From a virus (taxonomy: Duplodnaviria; Caudoviricetes), in the IMG/VR virus record IMGVR_UViG_3300017716_001697, positions 256,001 through 320,000 of that record: 64,000 bases of DNA; one strand, written 5' to 3'. The translations under genes were made by a program, and so were the position numbers. This document shows positions 18,255 to 27,196 of this stretch, in pieces. The notes under the pieces are model-generated. The model saw only the letters and a program-made list of their open reading frames with translations, did no database searches and was not told where the DNA came from. Positions within the stretch are counted from its first letter, which is position 1; each line of letters starts with the position of its first letter.

Positions 18255-18473
18255 ATGGCTACGTATTCTTGCAAATGCTGTAAAGAACCCTTTGAAGCAC
18301 GTGAGGCTGATCGCAAACGCGGCTGGGCAAAGTTCTGCAGCAAGTCCTGCAAAGCAAAGAAACAGGAAGCACGTACCGGGCAGTATAAGGCATACCTCGA
18401 ACGGAAAGATACCGACTTTGACGTCGATGCCTACCACGCCGAGGATCCTGGATGGGATGCCCACAAGTTTTAG
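18255..18473 (+). CDS. zinc-finger-like protein
   Basis: CKCC..F....D..RGW.KFCSKSC. Confidence 0.65.
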   Translation: MATYSCKCCKEPFEAREADRKRGWAKFCSKSCKAKKQEARTGQYKAYLERKDTDFDVDAYHAEDPGWDAHKF

Positions 18474-18528
18474 TTGACATCAGCTTCCATCTGCGCTATA
18501 ATAAACACATAGCAACAAAGGATACAGA

Positions 18529-18831
18529 ATGAATTGGTTACCAGCCAAAGGCGAATTGTTTTATGTGCGTCACAAGCCACGTAAGATGCCTGTACGTGAT
18601 GTCGATGGCGAAGTGGTTGCAGCCGTGGACCACCAGGATGGCTCGTACCGCAACGATATCTTCCGCCTCAAGGGCAGCGATGACACAATGATTGTAGCAT
18701 ACTTCGCGTATGTGAGTGGAAGCACGTACGGTATGGAGAAGCCTCAGATGTTCCGACGCGATGAGTGGACAATCAGCCCTGTGGGACCCGAGGTGGCAGC
18801 AGCACTCAATCTGAAAGTGTCGGTTGACTGA
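18529..18831 (+). CDS. hypothetical protein
   Basis: promoter cassette with SD. Confidence 0.65.
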   Translation: MNWLPAKGELFYVRHKPRKMPVRDVDGEVVAAVDHQDGSYRNDIFRLKGSDDTMIVAYFAYVSGSTYGMEKPQMFRRDEWTISPVGPEVAAALNLKVSVD

Positions 18832-18858
18832 TTAACCCAACTACGCTATAATAAGCAT

Positions 18859-19074
18859 ATGACAAACAAACAAAAACGCATTGTAGCATTCATTTTAATG
18901 ATTGTTACGTTGATTTGCATAGCAATCCTTAGCCTCCCGTTCTACCAGACCTTAATGATGTGTTTCGGTGGCTGGCAAGTAGGGCGATGGGCTGGCGACT
19001 GGGGTCGTGCAGCGTGGCCTGATCCTGTGCCTCAGCCTACACCGTCCGACGATGACAACACGTTCGAGGGGTAG
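18859..19074 (+). CDS. small membrane protein
   Basis: N-terminal hydrophobic helix. Confidence 0.55.
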   Translation: MTNKQKRIVAFILMIVTLICIAILSLPFYQTLMMCFGGWQVGRWAGDWGRAAWPDPVPQPTPSDDDNTFEG

Positions 19075-19076
19075 TC

Positions 19077-19316
19077 ATGTTTGGTGCACAACTGCGATGC
19101 CCTACGTGCAATCAGTACAAACCTGATCGTTGCACCTGCAACAAAGACCCCTCGCTGAAGGGTGTGAAGGGCGGTAATTGCAATCGTACGGCTTGCCAGA
19201 AGCCTGGAGCACTTTGGTATAACAGTGGATCCTGGGCCTACTACTGCCGTGCATGTGCTCGTGATATCAACAAGTGCTGCCCCAAGGATGAACCGCTCTG
19301 CACAAATACTGAATAA
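19077..19316 (+). CDS. Cys-rich hypothetical protein
   Basis: CPTC, CNRTAC, YYCRAC motifs. Confidence 0.6.
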   Translation: MFGAQLRCPTCNQYKPDRCTCNKDPSLKGVKGGNCNRTACQKPGALWYNSGSWAYYCRACARDINKCCPKDEPLCTNTE

Positions 19317-19734
19317 AGCTGTAGACAGGATCCATTTTCGGTGCTATAATTAACACATAGCAAACAGGAGCACAGCATGGAACTTACCGAATTGCAGAAG
19401 ACACGCATAGCATACGCCCACTTCACGTTGGATGAGTGGAAGCTGATTGCGCGGTGCATTAGTCACACCCGTGCCGATTTGTATGGCACCAAGCAAGCAA
19501 TTGACCCGGATAAGTTGCGGGATATACTTGTAAAATTCCCATCAGCTGTGCTATAATACAGCATAGCAACAAAGGACACTGCAATGGAATTCCTAATAGG
19601 ATTGTTTATCTTCTGCATAGGGTTAGGGTTCTATACAGCCAGCATCCCAGTTGCAGCAATGGCGTTTGGCGGCGCACTAGCAGTGGTAGCGTTGTTCCAG
19701 TCCCTGCTTAACTATCTCAACAGAAGGCGTTAAC

Positions 19735-19923
19735 ATGCAAAAAGGTTTCACAATCATCGAGCTGCTGATCGTAATTGCCATCATTGGCATTATAGCAGCA
19801 GTTGGCGCAGCGGCAATCAACGGGCCTCAGACGCAGTGCATCGGTGGCTACATGTTCACCAAGAACGTTCGCACGCCTGTGCAAGTGATGGATGACAAGG
19901 GCCACGGCATTCCCTGCAAATAG
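19735..19923 (+). CDS. mini type IV pilin-like protein
   Basis: class III signal MQKG|FTIIELLIVIAIIGIIAA; two Cys in C-domain. Confidence 0.75.
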   Translation: MQKGFTIIELLIVIAIIGIIAAVGAAAINGPQTQCIGGYMFTKNVRTPVQVMDDKGHGIPCK

Positions 19924-20338
19924 TTGTTGACAGTTGGCAGAATCCTGCTATAATTAACACATAGCAAGCAAACACACAAAGGAGTTAGTTATGTTACTAG
20001 TCAGAGCTTATAATGAGCATTGCGACAAGGCAGCAGCAGAAGGATTCAAGCCCTTGCCCCGGTCGCGCTTTCTGGATGTGTTGTGGGCAATCTTTAAAGC
20101 ACGCAACGCCTAGTAACAACAAGCCCAACGTGACAGGCCGATTGCACGTTGATCCTCAACTCTTAAACATTCTTAATTAGTCCCTTAGCGAGGTGGGGCA
20201 ATAATGCAATAAGTCAAGCATATATAGAAACACATTTATAAGAGAAAGGGGCCCACATGCCCCTTTCGTCACGGCAAATATCTGTTGACACTTGGTTCCT
20301 TTGGTGCTATAATTAACACATAGCAAACAGGAGTACAC

Positions 20339-20629
20339 ATGCAAGTAGATGCAATTCTAGCAGGTTTGGCAAAGGCTCGTCAACGCTTAATGTGCATCGA
20401 TGGTGCATACACAGCAGATCAAGCGCAGCACCGCCTTAGCATTATCTCCGTCATGCGGGACTACGCACTCGAGGAAGACGGTACAGGCTTCGCTAGCTTC
20501 TGTCAACGCACCCTCGCAGGAACTGATGGCGACATCATGGTCGACCTGCTAGAGGAGTTGTACGAAGAATTGGGCAAGGACCCGGAAGTTTGTATGTGGG
20601 ATGAATTTGAAATGGAATTCCTTCAATAA
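20339..20629 (+). CDS. hypothetical protein
   Basis: promoter cassette with SD. Confidence 0.65.
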   Translation: MQVDAILAGLAKARQRLMCIDGAYTADQAQHRLSIISVMRDYALEEDGTGFASFCQRTLAGTDGDIMVDLLEELYEELGKDPEVCMWDEFEMEFLQ

Positions 20630-20882
20630 CAGTTGACAACTGCATCCAACAGTGCTATAATCATTGTAACACAAAGGCACACATGCAAACCACAAAGATC
20701 AAGAAGAAGGACCAAGAAGGAATGATTAGCTCCTTCTGGGCAATGCTCCAGGAGTTGGAGAATCAGGCAGAGAACACGCTCGACAAGCACTTCGTGGAAA
20801 AATACTACGAGCAGTGGAATCGAATCACAGGCGACAACAAGGTTGCACGTTGGAATCGATAAAGGCAGTTTAACAGATATTA

Positions 20883-20905
20883 GCGGCTAAGGCCGCTTTT
20901 ATTTT
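20883..20905 (+). terminator. Rho-independent terminator
   Basis: agcggc-taag-gccgct + T-rich tail. Confidence 0.7.
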
Positions 20906-21335
20906 GGCCATATAGTTCTCGCATAAGAGCGCGATCCTTCTTATAATCGTTGCCGAGAACTATAGCCTTAGGTGTCGCGATTCGCCGCCTAAAGAATCGC
21001 CTTAACCACAGATCCTCGGAGTTAGGGCACGCACCTAGCTGATAGCGTGCAACCTTGCCGAGGCTAATTTCATGCCACAGCCGTAGGTGTATTACACAGT
21101 GTTTATGAGCTAATTTTAGCAGGTTTAGGCAAAGGTTGCGACGATTCTTTAAGACAGATTCATTAAAGTTCTCGCAACTACTATACCGACGGCTAAGGTT
21201 GCGTGCAATAACTCCGAGACTATGTCGACAAAGGTGATGACAGATTACTCAGCGATCATACAAGCCTCGGCCAGGCGGATCAAGGCCACTGATGAGTAAG
21301 TCCACGAACCGCTGAGTGTAACAAGATGTAACAGT
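20906..21335. ncRNA. candidate ~430-nt highly structured RNA
   Basis: ORF-free; helices 20911-21/20954-64, 21015-24/21209-18, 21045-60/21190-206, 21135-41/21172-78, 20991-99/21142-50. Confidence 0.6.
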
Positions 21336-21413
21336 CTAAATATCGCTTGCCCAATGCTTCATCCTGCCATATAATTACTACATAGCAACACAATAGTAAC
21401 GCAAAGGTACACT

Positions 21414-22025
21414 ATGAAGCACATCACACAAGCAGAAGCTAACACAGCCTGCGCACTCCACGCTAACAACAACACACTGACTGTTGCACAATTGCAACAA
21501 CTGTTGGGCAACGTAAGCGTCACGTTTGCCACAATTGAATACGTTACAGCCGTGCAAACAGCGGCAGCGCACAAGGGCCAGAACATCAAGAAGGTGACGA
21601 AGGCCAATGTTATCCTGTGCAGCAACATCGCAGCGCATACAAGCGTGTACGCTAACATGGTGAAGAAGACTGCCGCTACCATTGCTGACAATGATCAAGC
21701 TGCTGTAGCTGCATTTACACCCCAAGCTAACTACTTTGAGCACACTGACTGCCACAGTATTGTGCAGCACAAGGTGCATACTGACAAGTTTTATTTGTAT
21801 GTAATTTACAACGCCGCATCCAGTATCTACTTGCACAATGGTACCCCTGTTACGAAAGTGGACATTATTCCATTCCTTACACCAAGTGGTGCACGTGACT
21901 TGATGGCTGGTACTGATGTCGTGGAAAACAAGACACATGGTATCAAGCACCGTGTCGCAGTACGCACGATTGCACTCAGCAACATCGTAAGCATCAAGGC
22001 TCGCAAGCAATTTGTAACAGTGTGA
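21414..22025 (+). CDS. hypothetical protein (203 aa)
   Basis: promoter cassette with SD. Confidence 0.7.
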   Translation: MKHITQAEANTACALHANNNTLTVAQLQQLLGNVSVTFATIEYVTAVQTAAAHKGQNIKKVTKANVILCSNIAAHTSVYANMVKKTAATIADNDQAAVAAFTPQANYFEHTDCHSIVQHKVHTDKFYLYVIYNAASSIYLHNGTPVTKVDIIPFLTPSGARDLMAGTDVVENKTHGIKHRVAVRTIALSNIVSIKARKQFVTV

Positions 22026-22233
22026 AATAGTTGTAGACAGGGTGGAAACATCCTGCTATAATTAACACATAGCAAACAGGAGCACTACATGGACCCCAAA
22101 GCAAAGTATACAGTAGAACAAGTTCAAGCAATGATGATGTTGGAAATGCATCGCATCACTTGCACATATGTCAACCTCATGGGACGCCTTGGCGTCAAGC
22201 AGCTGACATTGCATCGCTTCTGAGGAGTACAGC

Positions 22234-22428
22234 ATGATAAACGGCAGACTCAAAACATTGGAGAACCTGACTGAGCTCTTGTACTCTGAGCTCAAGGCGT
22301 GTGCTGATGATCCTGCCGTGACTGAGCAGACCTTTGCACTGCTCAAGGCGGCGGCAATTGTTACCATCGACTTGAAGCGCAAGATTGAACTGGCCCGCGG
22401 TTGGAACACACTAGGAGCAGCAAAATGA
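22234..22428 (+). CDS. hypothetical protein
   Basis: SD gaggag. Confidence 0.55.
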   Translation: MINGRLKTLENLTELLYSELKACADDPAVTEQTFALLKAAAIVTIDLKRKIELARGWNTLGAAK

Positions 22429-22985
22429 AGTCGTGGAAGAGGGAGTGGGCAATAAGCCAGGTAGTGAATAACTGGCGCATCCGCAAGCGGCTTCCTCGTA
22501 TCACTGCCCTTGCTGTCAAGCGTGGATTGATTGCACTCAAAGGTGATGGCAGCTATCGCAATGCTGAGCGTGGCGACAACGATTACCGAAATTAGGAGCA
22601 GCAAAATGAAGACATGGAAGAATTGGTTTGCATGGTATCCAGTGGCCTTCGGGCCTCACATCAAGTGGCTGGTTACGATACAGCGATACTACAACTCCGA
22701 GGAGAAGTCTTGGTACTATCGGAGGCTACCTTCGGAGATATGTGCTGTGCCTCGCGTGCGCAAAGAACAAGACATCGACTGGGTGGCGCGACTAAAAATA
22801 CTTCTTGCCCGCCCCTCCAAGTAGTGCTATAATAAACACATAGCAACAAGGAATACATCATGTTAGGCCACTACAAACAGCTTCTTGCACACGTTGCACG
22901 TTCACAACGCCAGCAATTCAAGCCGCTTACACAGACGCAGTTCATTAAGATTGCAGTCAAGATTGTAACAGCTTAGGAGCACAAC

Positions 22986-23237
22986 ATGACACAGACAGTA
23001 GCTGAATGGACACGCGATTGGTACGAGCGCCGCTTCCTGGGCCGTATCCCAGTGTTCATCCGCCTGCGTGTTAGATATGGTTGGTACACCTATCGCAAGT
23101 CCGAGGGGCATCCAATCACATTGCGTCGAGCATTCTTCTCGCAGCCACCACGATTCGGATCATACGAAGAGCACGAGGTAGGTTGTCCAGACTGGGCATT
23201 GCGTGACTACAAACTGGTTGCAATACAATCCAAGTAG
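22986..23237 (+). CDS. Trp/Arg-rich hypothetical protein
   Basis: SD aggag. Confidence 0.55.
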   Translation: MTQTVAEWTRDWYERRFLGRIPVFIRLRVRYGWYTYRKSEGHPITLRRAFFSQPPRFGSYEEHEVGCPDWALRDYKLVAIQSK

Positions 23238-23273
23238 TGCTATAATAGCTGCATAGCAACGCAAAGGTACACT

Positions 23274-23639
23274 ATGACAACAGCCACATACACATTCGAC
23301 AACGACATTGCAGGCGACTTGCACAAGGATGCATACGGCTTCCGCCCACACTCCAGCTGGTGGGCTGCGTGGGCCATTATGTCGGATGCTGAGAAGCAGC
23401 AGGAGTGGGACCAGCTTGTCGAATCAATGAAGACACGTGAAGCATCTCGTATCGAATGTGAGCAGCAAGCGATAGTCCGCTTCGAGACCCTAGTGACTAA
23501 GACTGTCACAGCAGGAGCAGCGAGCCGTGCAGACGCTATCAAATGGTTGATGCAGGGTGAAGAGGTGAATGGTGACACCAACTACTTCGAGTACCTAATG
23601 GGTATCCCCTACGGTCACGTTGTTACAACTACGTGTTGA
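23274..23639 (+). CDS. hypothetical protein
   Basis: promoter cassette; DLHKDAYGFRP motif. Confidence 0.7.
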   Translation: MTTATYTFDNDIAGDLHKDAYGFRPHSSWWAAWAIMSDAEKQQEWDQLVESMKTREASRIECEQQAIVRFETLVTKTVTAGAASRADAIKWLMQGEEVNGDTNYFEYLMGIPYGHVVTTTC

Positions 23640-23821
23640 CAGCAGCATCCAGCTATGCTATACTAACAGCATAGCAACACAAAACATATCATGTACTACG
23701 CAAACATCGCAGCAGCTATCGGATTTGTCGTACTCGCAATCATGGAGTATCGCAAAGGATCCCGCGGCGTTGCAGCGTTTAACGCAGCCTTTGCATTAGC
23801 TAACATCGCAGCTACCACACC

Positions 23822-24160
23822 ATGACACACCCTAACCCCATAGTCCCAGCAGAAGTATCGCGTCAGCGTGTGGCACACTACACCATATGGCACGGGGAGG
23901 TACTCGTAACAGTAACGCAGCACCTAGGGGCCTATGGCTTCTACAGTGCGGCCATGGTAGTCGAGCGTATGGATGGGCCCATCGAGTGTATGCTCTACGA
24001 GGGGTACAGTGGGGACACCCCTAAGCACCTGGGCGAGCTAGTGATGCGCAACTGGGTAGCAAGTAAGCTCAACCAGCTAGCTACAGGTACTCACAACGCT
24101 GTAGGCGACTATAGCGAAATTGTGCGTGGTGCAGACACAGCCATTATTGGAACAGTATAG
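23822..24160 (+). CDS. hypothetical protein
   Basis: last ORF before compositional boundary; weak SD. Confidence 0.45.
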   Translation: MTHPNPIVPAEVSRQRVAHYTIWHGEVLVTVTQHLGAYGFYSAAMVVERMDGPIECMLYEGYSGDTPKHLGELVMRNWVASKLNQLATGTHNAVGDYSEIVRGADTAIIGTV

Positions 24161-24302
24161 CATACATTCTCGCAAAAATCCCAGTCAGCACTATATAATT
24201 TCGAGGTGTTGTTTTTTTGCGACCGTGGGCAAGCCGCAAGCCACTTTTTTCCACAGTCCTATAGACCTGGTCATATTTTTCCACGTAGTCCTATAATGTT
24301 AT

Positions 24303-24581
24303 ATGCTGTATAATGTAAATACCATTATGCCAACTTCAAGCTTATTCCCTGATTACTGTTATTGCACTATAGTGAAATGCTGGGCGCATGAAGATATAGA
24401 CCATCATTCAAAACGGTTCTACGCCGCAACAGAATGGTTACTTAAATATAATGCAGTATTAATGGAAGACTGCGAAGATGCACACGGACATTATTACACT
24501 TCAAGATACATTGTGAAGTTTGTTAGTAAAGATGATATGCTAGCGTTTATGCTTCAATTCGGTGATTTGCTAGAACGCTAA
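24303..24581 (+). CDS. EEDA-F-L family small protein (detached member)
   Basis: C-terminal FVSKDDMLAFMLQFG. Confidence 0.6.
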   Translation: MLYNVNTIMPTSSLFPDYCYCTIVKCWAHEDIDHHSKRFYAATEWLLKYNAVLMEDCEDAHGHYYTSRYIVKFVSKDDMLAFMLQFGDLLER

Positions 24582-24633
24582 AAATTTTTTAGTAAATTTT
24601 TCTTAGCCCGCTATATAGAACACAATATGACTC

Positions 24634-26046
24634 TTAGTAGTTTCTATTGTGATCACCAGTTTGATAGTTAGTGCCGTTGACTTGATTGGAGTGTGCTATA
24701 TATTCCTGTACATTAGGGGTCGGGCTTCTTATATACCCGTATGCTGAAGGATTCAACTTTACAGCCATCATCTGTAATGCTGAGTCTGGTAGAGCCATAT
24801 ACTCTATGGATGTTGGATCCATTTTTAGTGCTGCTTCAAGAGTCTTTCTATTTACTTTGAAGTCACCACGACGGAAGAACTTCAATGCAGCTTTACCATG
24901 TTTTTCTAATACACGTAATTGTAAGTCGACTGGTATTTCTATATCTTGCTCTACTAAGGAACCTGCTATTGTGGGATCATTCAATACAGCAGCATCTATA
25001 ACTGCACTAGTTGGTTCGATATCGTATTTTAATAAATTGTTTATTTCTCCACCGTCGGCTGATACTACTGCTAGTTGGACTGCTTCTGATGGATTATAAC
25101 CATTGTGTAACATGTCGGAAAGTTCGTCAGGTGCAACCCTTAATGTAACCATGCGAACCTTTTCGTTGTCGTCGGCTAGCATTGTCCATACACCTCTGGT
25201 ATCATTATCTGTTGCAGCTATTAACGCTACCTTTTCTGGATAGTTAGTTAGCTTCTTATTATCGTTAGTTTTTAATAATGCGTATATGTATCTCTTGCAT
25301 AGTTGACCATCTTCTGAATCTACAAGTTTCTTTTCTAGTTCTGGATCGCGTTGATAACCATCGAAATTTTTCATTAACTCGTATACTTGGTTTGTTAATT
25401 CTTTGCGATCTTTGCGAGTGGAATCTATTTGTCCGCTGGTCGCAGGAACATCGCCGTTTACTAACTTGCACAGTTCGTAAAGATCTAAGCCGGTTTGTTT
25501 TCTGAATTCGGTGGGTGTAATACTGTTATCGCGCTGGTCGAATATCTCTGAGTTTTCTGGTAAGTCTTTATGTGTAGCCAATGCCCACATACCACCGGTT
25601 TGTTTTTGCAAACAGTATATAAGTGTTATATTCTTATTGTGGAAGTAATCGTTAAAGTAATTTTGATCGGATTTAGTTGTGCACCAGTTACTATCCTTAC
25701 CGTGGAAACAACTAGCGTTCTTGTCTAGTGGAACTACTATAAGCCAATTGTCGTCTTCTTTTACTGTTACGGACTTGCCGGGTACTTTCTTTCTTTTAAT
25801 TTGTGTAGCGGTGTTTGTTTCGGATTTGCCGTTTACAAATTTTAAAAAGTTATCCCACCCTTGCTTACGCCAGTGATCTATGTTACGCTCGTTGCCTGCC
25901 ACTTGATTCTTTGTTACTAATGTCTTATACTTGTTAATAGCGTCGGCAGCGGTGGCTGGATCTGAAGCAGCAGAAAATTCCTGCGTTGCTTCTTTGTAGC
26001 CTTCTGTTATTGATAATGATGATGAAAATAATTCTATTAACCGCAT
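24634..26046 (-). CDS. 470-aa hypothetical protein, possible packaged head protein
   Basis: MRLIELF...TEG N-terminus; ASCFHG..SNWCTT motif; helical-repeat C-half; GATAAATA upstream. Confidence 0.7.
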   Translation of the reverse strand: MRLIELFSSSLSITEGYKEATQEFSAASDPATAADAINKYKTLVTKNQVAGNERNIDHWRKQGWDNFLKFVNGKSETNTATQIKRKKVPGKSVTVKEDDNWLIVVPLDKNASCFHGKDSNWCTTKSDQNYFNDYFHNKNITLIYCLQKQTGGMWALATHKDLPENSEIFDQRDNSITPTEFRKQTGLDLYELCKLVNGDVPATSGQIDSTRKDRKELTNQVYELMKNFDGYQRDPELEKKLVDSEDGQLCKRYIYALLKTNDNKKLTNYPEKVALIAATDNDTRGVWTMLADDNEKVRMVTLRVAPDELSDMLHNGYNPSEAVQLAVVSADGGEINNLLKYDIEPTSAVIDAAVLNDPTIAGSLVEQDIEIPVDLQLRVLEKHGKAALKFFRRGDFKVNRKTLEAALKMDPTSIEYMALPDSALQMMAVKLNPSAYGYIRSPTPNVQEYIAHSNQVNGTNYQTGDHNRNY

Positions 26047-26079
26047 TTGTAAATCCTAATTTCTTGTATTTATCTTAAT

Positions 26080-26304
26080 ATGTATAGACTGCACATCCGC
26101 GATTATAAAAACAATATGCTTGATGCATGCCATTGGTGGAAGAACTTTACTGTTGTGTACAGGAAGGTCGTGCAATCTACTTATATTGAATTAGAAGATT
26201 ATATACTGGAACACCACGGTGGGGTCTATAATGGTGGAGCGTCGTGGCATATTGACTTCGATGAAAAAGAAGACGCTGCTGCATTCGTATTGAGGTATAG
26301 CTGA
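26080..26304 (+). CDS. EEDA-F-L family small protein
   Basis: FDEKEDAAAFVLRYS. Confidence 0.75.
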   Translation: MYRLHIRDYKNNMLDACHWWKNFTVVYRKVVQSTYIELEDYILEHHGGVYNGGASWHIDFDEKEDAAAFVLRYS

Positions 26305-26305
26305 T

Positions 26306-26545
26306 ATGTATAAACTAGAAGTAATTAAGAACTACGAAAATAGGCCCGATGGCGAAGATTACGACGATACTTTGTGGATGAAGTTTCTTACTAATGCAGC
26401 ACATCTGGATGTAGATAATAATATATTTAAAGCAACCGATAAGGTATTAGAAGAGTACGGCGGTACTAATCCGCGGCGTACTGGGCATCTATTATTCGAA
26501 ACAGAAGAAGCCGCCCTTGCATTTAAATTGGTATGGTTGACATAA
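26306..26545 (+). CDS. EEDA-F-L family small protein
   Basis: FETEEAALAFKLVWLT. Confidence 0.75.
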   Translation: MYKLEVIKNYENRPDGEDYDDTLWMKFLTNAAHLDVDNNIFKATDKVLEEYGGTNPRRTGHLLFETEEAALAFKLVWLT

Positions 26546-26742
26546 TGTACTTGGTAAATTTATCGGATACACCATACAAGAACGCTTGGAAAAACTATGC
26601 ATCTGTGAAACGGTTGGCCGGGACATGGGACTTAACTAGTGGACTAGAACAAATTAATGCAGTTGATGCTCCAGAGAGTTCCAATGAAATTTATTTTCTT
26701 ACAGAAGAAGATGCCACTGCATTTGTATTAAGGTATTCGTAA
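26545..26742 (+). CDS. EEDA-F-L family small protein
   Basis: FLTEEDATAFVLRYS; TAATG coupling. Confidence 0.75.
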   Translation: MYLVNLSDTPYKNAWKNYASVKRLAGTWDLTSGLEQINAVDAPESSNEIYFLTEEDATAFVLRYS

Positions 26743-26743
26743 T

Positions 26744-26998
26744 ATGTACCAATTAGAAGTAATTAGATCTTATATACACGACGAAGTGGAGTATCGTGAT
26801 GATACCCTGTGGCTAAATTTTATTACTAGGGTTGGCGATGAGTGCAACACTGGTCGGACCAGTAACACTGATGATATATTTGATGCGATGGATGTGATAC
26901 TTAAAGAGTATAATGGCATTAATCCGCGAAACACTAGTTACCTGATCTTTGCGACACCAGAAGATGCATTAGCATTTAAGATAGTGTGGTTGACATAA
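26744..26998 (+). CDS. EEDA-F-L family small protein
   Basis: FATPEDALAFKIVWLT. Confidence 0.75.
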   Translation: MYQLEVIRSYIHDEVEYRDDTLWLNFITRVGDECNTGRTSNTDDIFDAMDVILKEYNGINPRNTSYLIFATPEDALAFKIVWLT

Positions 26999-27195
26999 TG
27001 TACACAGTAAATTTATACACTGAGAAATACAGTAATGCGTGGGATAACTATACGCTCGATTATCGAATTACCGAAGAATGGGATTTAGACGAAATGCTGA
27101 GAAACATTAATGCAGTTGATAATCCTCTTAGCCGTGAAGAGATTTATTTTAAGGCTGAAGAAGATGCACTTGCATTTCTTTTAAAGTATTCCTAA
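26998..27195 (+). CDS. EEDA-F-L family small protein
   Basis: FKAEEDALAFLLKYS; TAATG coupling. Confidence 0.75.
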   Translation: MYTVNLYTEKYSNAWDNYTLDYRITEEWDLDEMLRNINAVDNPLSREEIYFKAEEDALAFLLKYS

Positions 27196-27196
27196 T

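Larger units (their letters stand above)
1152..23700 (+). promoter_or_regulatory. dispersed family of ~40 sigma70-type promoter+leader elements, T(T/A)GAC-N~17-TATAAT-aaacacatagcaacaa(a)gga-N4-8-ATG
   Basis: -10 boxes at e.g. 1177, 2282, 4173, 10532, 12334, 16995, 17268, 18497, 22057, each followed by the same leader/SD. Confidence 0.9.

Noticed and set aside
21255-21280. c-di-GMP-I riboswitch resemblance (aagcctcggcc)
   Set aside because: The upstream GGCAAA/GNRA P2 and GGGACGCAAA elements are missing at the required spacing.
21121-21316. Group I intron core in the 20.9-kb element (P4-like gttgcga/tcgcaac, P7-like gagact/agtcc)
   Set aside because: There are no flanking exons, P3 pairs poorly, J4/5 lacks tandem As, and the putative P7 strand is sequestered in a perfect 10-bp helix (21015/21209). 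Worth a cmscan but not supported by eye.
21286-21316. Hammerhead ribozyme at ctgatgag...gaa
   Set aside because: No stem II or GAAA core follows CUGAUGA.
1152-23700. Promoter/leader repeats as a CRISPR array
   Set aside because: The intervening sequences are whole genes of variable length, the repeats are degenerate and match sigma70+SD, and no cas genes are present.
1-24200. Many short alternative-frame and minus-strand ORFs in the early region
   Set aside because: They overlap cassette genes that have clear promoter+SD support, and several simply read the promoter repeat backwards (MYSLLRC..Y.. starts).
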